Source: Nemertoderma westbladi
Lineage: Eukaryota; Animalia; Xenacoelomorpha
Length of the DNA: 64,000 nucleotides
Assembly (NCBI GenBank): GCA_032718475.1
Contig: JAUCBJ010006962.1
Location: 151,976-215,975, forward strand
Direction of reading: 5' to 3'
Part shown: piece by piece, positions 52,964 to 64,000 of the stretch
Layout: each line of letters starts with the position of its first letter
Numbering within the stretch: position 1 is the first letter of the stretch
Made by a program: the position numbers and the translations under genes
The notes under the pieces: generated by a model
Told to the model about the DNA's origin: nothing
Databases searched by the model: none
The model's input: only the letters and a program-made list of their open reading frames with translations

Positions 52964-54157
52964 TGTTCGCGCTTTCAGACCTTTGGCAGTTTAACCCACC
53001 AAATTAAGATGTCTTCTAGATATTAAATCGGTTTTTAGTCTATGACAAGTATTTGATTCACTACACTAGTCGAAACCAATCTGTGCGCGATCATTCACCC
53101 GCTGGATATTCCCGGGAGATTGGGTTCGACGGTTTAATTTTATTGCTATGTAAGCCTAATGTATTATTCGACTGACAGTATTATATAATCTCTGACAATA
53201 TTATTCACCTTCGGGAAATATTAACAGTTCCTTTAGGACGTGGCGCTCTATCTATACAAACAGAGTTATGACTTAAACTACTCACAACGATATGGCTCAA
53301 TTATAATTCACATATATGGCGCATTCTTTAGGAATTGCTTCTTTAACAGACTCACTCATACACAATGCTGCACAATACTGCACACTAATCTGCCAATCTT
53401 CACTGATTTTAGTCACATATAAAAGGAACACAGACTGACTCATGTAGGGTCTATCAAATAACATTAGATTCACTTCAAACCACTTTAACATAAGTTACAA
53501 TCGTTATTGGTAACCTTTCTCTCTTACCTTCGGTATATCAAGAATATTGGGTTTCGGGGTTATTTATCGTTATTCCAAATATAATAATTCATCAACCATA
53601 TTATGAAGAACTGACAGTAAATAGCAGTATAAAACAACAATGAAAACACTGATTGTTATGAGTTTGCAATGTTTCAGCAGTCAGTATGTATGATCAGTTA
53701 GCAGTTAAAGGATATATGTCCTTATAATTAAACCTACTAGTGTAAGACTAAAAACTGAAACACGGAGGTGCCAAAAGCCGGTTCTTAGGCTCTGGGCAAA
53801 AACATAACACTGCACTACTGAGTTTCTGTATATACCTCCAACACAGAGACAACAAACGCTCTGATTGGTCAACCTGAACAACGAGAGAACAAAGAAACAA
53901 AGAAACGTCGACGTGGCAATATCAGCTGCTAGCCGTCGTCATGGTAGCGACACTGTTTTCAAGAGTATCGAGCTTTTACGTCACGGAATTACGGATTATG
54001 TCCTCTAAAGTACAAATACAGAAGAAATAGCTTTTATGTCCGCTAAAACACCAGTACAGCAAGGACACGGCCTTTTTATGCCTGGTAAACCAACTACAGA
54101 GTATTTTACGGGAAAAATAAGGAAAAATAACCGGACAATTCAGCAAAAGCTTTTACA
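52964..54157 (-). repeat. 3' LTR of element C (1194 bp)
   Basis: Minus strand TGTAAAAG...GCGAACA, preceded by GGGAGCGG. Confidence 0.9.
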
Positions 54158-54939
54158 CCGCTCCCAGAAAATGGGATTTTCAGTCTATAAAATATAAAAA
54201 TCACAGTTTCTAAAACATAAAGATACTCTAAACAGTTAGTCTTTCTTGCGCGGACGGCGTTTACGCAGTTTTTTAAAGCTAGCAAGAGTCATTTTCTCTT
54301 TGGGGGAAGCCACTTTACTAGGAGGGCCATAACTCCTGGGTGAAGGGTGCAATATGATTGCATTAAAAGGTTTGGGTTTACGGTCGGTGTCTCGTCCATT
54401 TCGATATGCTTCTCCTCGAGCTGATTTTCCTCCGCTTGTCATGGGATACGTTCGTCCAAAACTCTCGCAGAGAATAGGGTTTTCTAAGCTTGATATCTTC
54501 TTTGAGATTCGAGGTTTCCCAATCGAACTGAGATAAGGCCAATTTGTTTATCGATTGGACTTACTGTTGTAACTTACGTTTATCTGAACAAACGCAGGTT
54601 TCTTTTTGATCTTTATAGAATAGCGTTTAACTCGTTTCGTACAACGCTCTCCTTCACTTTGATGAAGGGTTGTATCGCGTTAAACGGGACGACCATACGG
54701 TTGGATAATGATATTAGGTGTCTGCGTCATAATCCAGCTAGGTAAGATGGGCGGCTAGCTAGAAATCACTGTCGGAGTGTTACCGATTAATTGTTAGGGT
54801 AGCACTAGATCTTGAACAGTGAATACCGTCTGCGAGGATCCGCGACACCACCAGGATCGCAGGTCTGAGGTCCAACTAAGAAATGAGGAGGTTTGACCGA
54901 GTATTCCGGGACTCTGATCGTAGGTTTACTCTAGGATCG

Positions 54940-55830
54940 TTAGAGCCGAGTGAGCATAGGTGATACGTCAAACAAGTTTCGCTCGAAACTCCAGTAAATA
55001 TAACGAACACAACTGTGTTTAACACAACGTTTCCGTGGATGTTTATGTCTTTCCGTTTATTGGCTGGGTCTAGGGCATTTACCGTAATAATACCCAAAAA
55101 CGTACGTCTTGTAGGGGAAACGCGAGTGATCTTTCTCCAGCTTACAATATTCCTCCATCCGTTCGAAGCTGTTCGGTACAACAGGTAGCGGTCGATCGGC
55201 GATAAGATACATCATAGGGGAATCGAGCCGTTTGAGTTCTACCATGCGGTCATGATGTATACCTTGAGGATATCGAGTTTCTAGATTTTGTTGACTGGCA
55301 ATATTGAGATATGTTTCTATCAGGAATTCCAGATAATCGTTGAAGTCGCTGCGTTTATCCGGCTCCTCAACGTCTTCTCTTTCGAGTCTGTTTCGAATAG
55401 AATTCTCGTGTTCCATTCTTGGTTTATCGTTCCGCCTCTGCTGGGTAGGATATTTCAATCGTACCATTTCCCTTTTGGTGTCGACATTGTCCGTATCGTG
55501 TAAATCGATAGGATGACCAGTAGTTAAGAAGCCCATATACGTACCATTACGCTGCGTATATCGAGCAGTGAATTTTCTATAGTCCAACTCACGCGTGAGC
55601 TGCTCTTGGGACATTGGCGGTTCGATATAACGACCATCGTCCTCCGCAGCAGTTGGACTAACGTCGCCGCGTATTAAGCTATCAACAAACGCTTGTAAAA
55701 GTAGAGTATATCGCTCCCCGATACCAAGACCATCTTCTATCAACTCCGTCATATCTGCTATATATGAGTTTATCCATATTATAATGAGTCCACATTTAGG
55801 CGAGCGGGCGTCGCTGCCTACCCCAATCAA
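54940..55830 (-). pseudogene. Extra ORF of element C, homologous to the N-terminus of the A/B extra ORF
   Basis: TRYP...MYLxxxxPLPxVxxxFxxMxxY, and RCxxHxxxRY after an in-frame TAA at 55057. Confidence 0.7.
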
Positions 55831-57408
55831 CCCCCGGACAGTACGAGATCCTCAGCGCCGATGTGTCGTCGCCGCTGTACTTTCGCCAACGACGTAGCCG
55901 CACAACGACAACGACAACCGGCACAAGTCACTCAACTGTCCGTCCCAAAGGCTTAGATGTACTTCAGGTTTTCCTTGGAGAGTTAGGTTACTTTACGATT
56001 GCGACTGGCTACTGTAAACACACCTTAGTAGTAACATTCGCCTATAAGCTCACAAGTACCACACACACAACTTGTCACAAATTACACACACTCGGGTCAC
56101 TTGTCCGTTAGTCAATGCCTTCCAGAATGTCACTGTATTATTATGTATCCTTGGATACTAGTAGTGCGCTATTTATTCCCTATGCTATTCAATGGGACAA
56201 GCTTTCTATTGTTCGTTTAACTCAATTCTAATTCTAGCGTGGTTGTTGCTATGGTGACATTATGCAAAGCTAGCGGTAGAATTAGAGTAATTCCAATGCA
56301 TACAGATCTGGGATGTTATTTAATAGTATTCTTTAATAGTCAATGTTCGGTTTTATACATGACTTTATGAATTTTATCGGCTATTGACTATGTTTGGGAG
56401 ACTTTCGCACACTCATATGCATAATAAGATAAATCTCCGCTCCCTTGATCTATTAATTAATGGAATTTTGGGAATGTTATAAATTGCGTAAAAATGGCAA
56501 TTTATTAAATTCATTAAAAGGCACGAATTTAAATTTATTCCCTGAAATTTTATTATTTGATAATTAAATTGACATATTTTGATTCTAGAACATGTCTAGG
56601 GACACAAGATCCTTAATTCTAAGAAAATTGTCTCTTTAAGAATATCGGTAAATGCTACGATATCTTAATTGACTAGAATTGTTGAAGGATCTGAATTTTA
56701 CAGATTTTGACTTATTTGATTTGTAAATATTAACTAATTAATATTTGAGATGGGCACCGATTTATTCCAGAACTTGTCTGGGGACGTTAACCACTGATTC
56801 TATAATTTGTCTTTCAAGTATATCGGTGGGTGCCACGATATCTTAATCGACTAGAATTACAGATGGTCAAAGGGTTTAACAGATTTATTTTGCGTTATAC
56901 GCTACTGTTAAAGGGACATCACGCTACTATATGTATTATTTAATATACGGTATGAGAGCAATATCGCACGAAGCAATGTCAGTGTGAAGAGGCAAGTCGT
57001 TTCCAAGGTCTACCCAGAGCTTGGTTTAGCCGAGACACGAGGATCTGAACTTTGCATTCCTAATACTCTGCCTACCAATAATACTTAAATATAGTAGTGG
57101 CTTTATTGTACTTTAATAAGTACGGACATTTCATCTTACTGTAGTCACGTATTTATAATATGATACGGACAGTAAGGAAAGAGGAAAAGAATTATTTCTT
57201 GCCGTCGCATTAAATATAATATATACGTAATTAAGTAATAAACGCGAATATATATTGCACTAATCTACTAAATAATCGCTAAAATAACATTCTACTGAAT
57301 AAAATTAAAGAAAACGATTATAATAAAATTACATAGTAATACATACGTAAATATAAAAATAATAAAATAATATAAAATAATAGAGTCACACACCCACTCC
57401 ATATGTTG

Positions 57409-58635
57409 TTACGTTATGGAGTCCCTAGATGTTTGAAGGATTAGGGAGGTGGTCGTGGGATGAGAATCTTGCCTTCCACAGTTTCCGGAGAGTCCTCCAT
57501 TCCCTTCCGGTAAACACAAACGACCGACTGGGTGATTGAGTCGCTGCATCCTGAATACAATTCCAGGTTTCCTCTTCGTCCTAGAATAGTGACGATAGAA
57601 ACATCGCTCAAAGTATATGACGGCGTCACAAAGCCGATTCCAGGAGCTATAGTGGTCCGTCGCTCTCTGCAGGAGAGGTGAGAGTCCCTGCGAGACGTCT
57701 GATGTTCCAGAGCTCCAATCGCTCTCTCTGATCTTCATGAAGGATCCACTCGCGGTGGGGAGGTCCAGATCCACGGCGTCGTCCCTGGCAATATGTAATA
57801 CCGACAGATCTATCCCGGGTTCAAATAACTCCGATCCACCCGTCCGGGTTTTAGGTTTGACTTTCTCCGCTCCCTTGGCTGGTCTAATCTCAGTCGGAGT
57901 AAGATGGGGAGGCCATTCATCCTCCTTACTCAGGAAGTCGGGTTCACCTAACCGGTCTGTAGTATCTGTCAGTTCTTGAGGAGATGCTCCTCTGGAAGCG
58001 ATGTCAGTTGGATTAAACTTCTTGGGGCAATATCTCCATTGATCTACATTGGAGCTAAGATTGTCATTATCTGAGGAGTGTGGTGTTCCCTCAGTTGGGT
58101 CGTCTCCCTCACTAGTATCATCTTCCCATTCACTCACCTGGCAGACGCGATCTTAAAGCAGTCTTTCCCTGAGCGTTCTACGGGAAGGTCCAGTAAGGTA
58201 CCAACCTACTCTAGTTCTTACCGCATAGGTCTGTAGTGGCTGCGGTTGAGCAGGCCGTTTCTCTAATGTCTCCAGCGCCTCATGCGCGTTTTGGCCGATG
58301 AGTATTTGCACTCCAGGATAATCAGTCTGGAATCGAGGTATGTTAAGATGTTGGATGCTCTCATCCTCGTCCCAATTATAAAGGTCTGCTTGAGTAGTAG
58401 CGAAGTTCTTTATAGCCACCATTTTCACTGACCTGATGCTATGTTCTCCTAGTTCGTCCTGGGGGGTGGACAACTCACCTATATAATAGTCGGCAGCTAC
58501 AGTAGAATTCCAAACCTGCATGATCCCTGACATGTTTAGCTTGGTTCGGAACTTGGGTTGTCCAGCAAAGATGACTTCGGCTAGTTCTTTATCGATGAAT
58601 GTTCCTGTGCTACCGGAGTCCAGGAGGGCGTTCAC
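57409..58635 (-). pseudogene. pol: Protease and Pol remnants of element C
   Basis: ALLDSGSTGTFID, ILIG...TRVGW; a spacer fused directly to QWRYCPKKFNPTDIASRG. Confidence 0.85.
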
Positions 58636-58686
58636 TATATAGCTCTTCTGAGGTCCGTGGACCCGTAACTGGACTACAGGAAATTC

Positions 58687-61437
58687 TCAGATCCCTATAT
58701 TGGAAGTTGGCGCTTTCCAAGATGGTTGTTGATCGGAAGTAGTTAAGGTAAGGTCGCTGTCTGTGTCTTCCTCATGCACGAGTACTCGATACACTGCGGT
58801 GGTGTTTATTAGGTAACAGGATTCGTTTTGGTCGGAGAACTCGTCCGTATAGAATCCTTCCATCTCAGATTGATCAGTGTCGTTCACATCACTGAATTGG
58901 ACATGTAGTTCGGACTCACTTACCTGACTCGGGCTGTTTCGTTCTAATTCCGTGTGCAACAAGATATTATGTTTTGCGCCGCACTTTGCACACCTTGCGT
59001 CGGAGTTACAGGTTCGCCGTTGGTGTCCTCGTCTGAGGCAATTATAACACAACCGCTTATCCCACATGACTTCACGTCTATCCTCGAGTGATTTCCTCAG
59101 GAATTTATCACACGCATTTAAACGGTGGGGCCCGTCGCACAGCACACATTTCGGCTTGATGTTACTTACTTTAACCTGTGCTATGTGGTGCACACTTGTT
59201 CTTTCCTCGGGCTTTCTCACCTGAATTCTTTTAGGAGACGTAGGAGGGTTTTTTTGTACCGGTTCCCTTCTGGCATTGGGTCGAGACTTGGATTTACTTA
59301 CCTGATCTTTAGGCATTTTATTGCCATAATAAGATCTTTCAGTGTCTTTCCCGCTGTCCTCTCCTTGAGAAGTTTGGCTTTCACCGTCGTCGGTATAACA
59401 TACTGGTGTTACCCTTCTCCTAGAAACGGGTTTCTCACTTACCTTGTTTTCCAATGTCTTCTCTCTGGACTGCCTTAGGAGCTGTAATTTCACTTCTCTA
59501 TCTAAGAATGACATGAGATCAGTCATGGTAGGGTCTCGTCGTTGTTGTTCCATCATATATAACACCTTCTTGTCCCAGCGTGTACCTACTCCACCCTTGG
59601 GCAAAGTAGATGCTAAGGCTCCTACAACCATAGAATTCTGGTATTCATGAGACTTACCTAACCAATCTAGTTGTCTACAGATCTCCTGAATCTCATCGGA
59701 AAACTCTATAATCCCGCTGCTAAGAAACTTTCGGGGCGCCATTAATTTCGCATATAAATACCTAGCTATGTTAGTCCTATTACCATACCTGATGTTTAGT
59801 GTATCCCAAACTTGTCTTAATCCATCTGGATGTCCAATAAATTTTAACGCCATTGACTTGGGAGGTCCTTCCAAACATTCGATGAGGAATCTAAGTTTCT
59901 CTCCGTTAGATAGTACAGAGTTCTGTATGTTATCTTTATAATATTCATTAAAAGGTAACCATTTCATCTCATCTCCATTGAACTTGACGATCTCTCCCAC
60001 CTTTACCGCTTGCCGGGCTTCAGTTCTAGCCATTTGACGCGTAAAACTTTCTTGAGCCATCGCATTATTGAATAGAGAATTATCGGTATATAAGTTTCTC
60101 GGATTATTATCAAGTCTAGATGAGATATCATTATCAACAGGTTTATAATTACCCTTAATAGGGTTCACTATAGGAGTTTCTATTTCGCTAGCAGTATAGA
60201 TGCGTGTAGGCTCCACACCTTGCGCATGGGATACTTCAGACCTAACGGGTTGACACATTGTTACAGGGGGTGGTGGTATACCCTTTTGTGTGTTCACTAA
60301 TTTATCGCGTTCTAACGCGATACTTTGCTGCACCTTTTGCAACTCTAACCTACTTTCCCTTACTGTGCCCTTGAATTGCTGGACAGTCTCTTCCAACTCT
60401 CGGACCTGTTGGGAGGAGCGTATCCGATTCTCCTTCATCTCTCCAAGGAGAATATCCATCCCCCGCCGTCTCTCGTCTACCCAATCAACCGCCGAAACGG
60501 GATCCGCCAACGTCGTAGCGGGCAGACGAGGGACAACGGGCGACAAATTTGGAATATTTCATTCGGGGTCCAGGACCTGAACTGTCTCCTGGGCAGTTCT
60601 ACGGGGCACAGGTAGCTTAGTGCTATGCAGAGGGAATTTAGAGGTAGTTTCAGGGAGCACAGGTGTGTCTATCACCGAAGGGGTGATTTCAAGAACAGGC
60701 CTAATTATTTCAGGATCATCTACTATAGTAGGGAGTCTTTCTATTTTAATTATTTGGTCTGTGGGCTCTGTACTACCTAAGTTGGTGTTATTTAGTTGCC
60801 TTCTAACAGCTGGAGGCAAATCAGGCAATTTCTGACGGTGGAATGTTCTTTTACGTCTACTTAGACGAGATCTATTTCCTTTGCCTTCAGTATCGGTGGT
60901 ATCGCCTTCCTCAGATGATGTAAATCCCTGTCTCTTGGAAGTAGTCCGACTTATCAGCTGCATATCACTAGCCGTTATCTGTTTATTTAAGTAATCGTGC
61001 TTCTCTTGAAGATTCTCCAACTCTAGTTGGACCTTTTCTTCAGATGCCCTCCGTTCCGCTTCTGCCACTGCCACTGCCGCTTTTCTTTCTGCTTCTGCCG
61101 CTGCCACTGCTGCTGCCACTGCCGCTGTCTTTCTGTCTTCTATCTGTTTTTTCTTCAACTGTTGTTCCCATTCTCTAACGATGCGGATTCTTTCATCAAT
61201 TTTCGCTCTATTCGCTGCCAACATTTCCGCATCTATTGCGTCCAACACAAACTTTGCTCCTTCGCTATTAGGGCTAAGTCCATCTAACCTTCTCCTCAAT
61301 TCGTCATCACCCAAAAAACGTTGATAGTCCGACAGGTAGATGTCAATGGCATCCCTCTTATGCGACTTCTCTGCCGTCACTTCGCTCTCGGTTGTATCTA
61401 GTAGACTGTCTGATAGGTTCTGTCTTGCGTCAGACAT
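58687..61437 (-). CDS. gag: Gag of element C (in-frame TGA at 60559-60561)
   Basis: KFNGDEMKWLPF, LSNGEKLRFL, CVLCDGPHRLNAC, CYNCLRRGHQRRTC, CAKCGAKHNILLH. Confidence 0.9.
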
Positions 61438-62789
61438 GCTTATGTGTACAGTTGAATGTCTACTGCTGTATTACAGTCTGAGCAAGTCTAGTAACTCAGT
61501 ATTAACTGATAGCCTAGTAATTAATTACCGGTACTGCTACTCAGTGTAGCGTGATATATATAATATATTAGAATACCGGTATGCTTATAGTATATATAAC
61601 TATTATTACAGACTAGGTTTATCACAGAATACCGGTATAATTTTAGCACAAATATATATAAATATATAATAGGCCTATCGGGAATACCGGTATACAGCTT
61701 ACAGTTTGTAGTATATATAATTCTGGACTAGAATTAATTACAAGTACCGGTATAATTTCAGCCTAAATTTATAGAAATAAAGATAATAGGCCTATTGTAA
61801 ATACCGGTATATCAATTATTTTAAATAACTGAATTTCTGAATTTTAAGGGTTACTTGGTTACTTTAACTTACTTTATTGCCGTTATTTAAGCAGTAGTCC
61901 AACTGATATTGAGACCTAATTGTTGTATGGCAGGCCTACTATTTATAAATCGTTAGATTTGATTTATAATATATATATACCCGTTTTAATGGGTTTTGTC
62001 TATGTTTGAAATAAATGTTATTATTTCTGGGGAGTAATCACTACACAAAGCGGTGCGCTTTCAGTGAAGTGTTACTTATAGGACACTAAAACAAATAATG
62101 CTAATTTACCTAAGTTACTTAATACTACAAATTACGTACGATTCGGGTTGAGATTACAATCTCTAAATAAACACAAAAATTTACAAAAACACAAAATACG
62201 AAATTTTAGGGTAATTTTACAAGAAGTCTACAAACCAGTCTAACAAAGGGTTAGAAATCTGGTTATTACAACTGACAGGGTACTGCGGTTATTTGAAAAT
62301 AATACGTAGTAGTAAATACACTGCGTTGTCCAGATAGGAAAATACCACCGCCTGACGACCTATAGCCGTATCGCTATAGGTACTACGTTATGTATCACGG
62401 AGTGTTCCTACCTAGAAGTTAATAGAGCTAATCGAATGTGCCTATTAACCACTTTACAACACAAATATAATGCCTACACTAATTACTTTCGGAAAGCACT
62501 GTACACTAAACCCTAAATTAGGTACGAGTACTTGTACAACAAATAATCAGTAGTTAAATATACTTGAACAGCTAAAAGAACCACGGCATCTGCTGGAGTG
62601 ACCGATGCACAAAATCACCAGTCTTTACCTACGCCGAGCAGCCCGTGTAGTACCGGGGTTAATTTAACTATAGCGGTATGTATAACAAACACAATTACTG
62701 TAGGAACAAACTTGGGGAATGAATGTTGCGGATAATCGCATAAACTCTGAAGAATAAATATTACGCTACGCGTACAAACTACTCAAACA

Positions 62790-63330
62790 AAATACAGACC
62801 GAACACTGACAGACTACTATCAAGCCTAAACAAACTACGGTATATGCAGACTCCGAAATGATTAGGGAGTATGCGCTCTAACCCAGTAGTGCGACTTATT
62901 CTTTAGTTGGGGGTTTACCTTACAGCGTTCGCTGCCCCTACTGCCTAACCGTACTTAATCGGACAGATGATCTACACACGCGGCAATCCGTTCAGACCTA
63001 ATAACAGCCAGACAACTATCCAGCCTACAAATTATCTAAATAAAATTATACGCTACCCGTACAGACTTACACAAACAAAGTACAGACTAAACGATGGCAG
63101 ACTACTCTCAAGCCTAAATAAACTACAGGACATGCAGACTCCGAAATGATTAGGGAGTATGCGCTCTAACCCAGTAGTGCGACTTATTCTTTAGTTGGGG
63201 GTTTACCTTACAGCGTTCGCTGCCCCTACTTCCTAACCGTACTTAATCGGACAGTTGATCTACACACACTGCAATCCGTTCGGACCTAACAGCAATCAGA
63301 CAACAGCTCAGCCTACAAATCTTCTGTACA
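62790..63330. repeat. ~288 bp direct duplication in the 5' leader of C
   Basis: CAGACTCCGAAATGATTAGGGAGTATGCGCTCTAACCC at ~62847 and ~63135. Confidence 0.9.
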
Positions 63331-63643
63331 ATCTGATCAGGTTTACACGTCTTCTGTTCAATACTGGCCTACAAACAAATAAAACTTGACAGAAATAAGT
63401 AAAATCTCAATAAAAAACCAGGGCGGCCGTTCCCTGATTAAGTACTAAGACCTACCGGTATACAACAATCAAATCGAATAATACTAATGTACTTATACGG
63501 GAAGTACCGGTTGGGACAGTTAGGCCTACGGGCCTACGGCAGTATCGGTTCTGGCAGTTGGGCCTACTGACCTACAGATGTACCGTTCAGGTTTACCGGT
63601 TGACCGGTACTTTCAACTTTATTGCTTACTGCAATAAAGAAGC

Positions 63644-63655
63644 TATATCCTTTAA
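63644..63655 (-). promoter_or_regulatory. Non-tRNA primer-binding position of C, complementary to an LTR-internal site (53705-53716 in the 3' LTR)
   Basis: Element-sense TTAAAGGATATA versus LTR TATATCCTTTAA. Confidence 0.7.
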
Positions 63656-64000
63656 TGTTCGCGCTTTCAGACCTTTGGCAGTTTAACCCACCAAATTAAG
63701 ATGTCTTCTAGATATTAAATCGGTTTTTAGTCTATGACAAGTATTTGATTCACTACACTAGTCGAAACCAATCTGTGCGCGATCATTCACCCGCTGGATA
63801 TTCCCGGGAGATTGGGTTCGACGGTTTAATTTTATTGCTATGTAAGCCTAATGTATTATTCAACTGACAGTATTATATAATCTCTGACAATATTATTCAC
63901 CTTCGGGAAATATTAACAGTTCCTTTAGGACGTGGCGCTCTATCTATACAAACAGAGTTATGACTTAAACTACTCACAACGATATGGCTCAATTATAATT
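63656..64000 (-). repeat. 5' LTR of element C (runs off the window)
   Basis: Almost identical to 52964-53308. Confidence 0.95.

Larger units (their letters stand above)
52964..64000 (-). mobile_element. BEL/Pao element C (second family), non-autonomous, nested in B's 3' LTR
   Basis: LTRs at 52964-54157 and 63656->64000. Gag and protease present; RT, RNase H and integrase cores missing. Confidence 0.93.

Noticed and set aside
53707-53715. ATATCCTTT (minus) matches the U12-type 5' splice-site consensus
   Set aside because: There is no equivalent in family A/B, and it is explained by complementarity to the PBS.

Overview
Repeat-dense, AT-rich eukaryotic (probably invertebrate animal) DNA with no recognisable host gene. 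It is dominated by three BEL/Pao (Belpaoviridae) LTR retrotransposons. Element A (1-10319, +) is a 3' half. Its close relative, element B (35569-52963+, +), is nearly full length. Element C (52964->64000, -) is a distant, young, internally deleted element nested in B's 3' LTR. Between A and B lies a patchwork of Helentron-like non-autonomous elements, a 5'-truncated Rex1/Babar-like LINE, a ~1.15 kb inverted repeat and fragments of a CXC-domain transposon-associated gene family. Four features stand out. (1) Neither BEL family has a tRNA-type PBS. The bases directly after the 5' LTR are instead perfectly complementary to a site inside the element's own LTR (10/10 in B, 12/12 in C), suggesting self-primed reverse transcription. 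(2) Both families carry a non-Env extra ORF between pol and the 3' LTR that shares a conserved, unrecognised N-terminal domain; in A/B it is ~1200 aa with three CCHC knuckles. (3) A CAAACC-YGYG-GGTTTGG hairpin recurs along A/B regardless of reading frame. (4) A second PPT-like motif precedes the extra-ORF cassette. All calls are by eye; no database search was possible.
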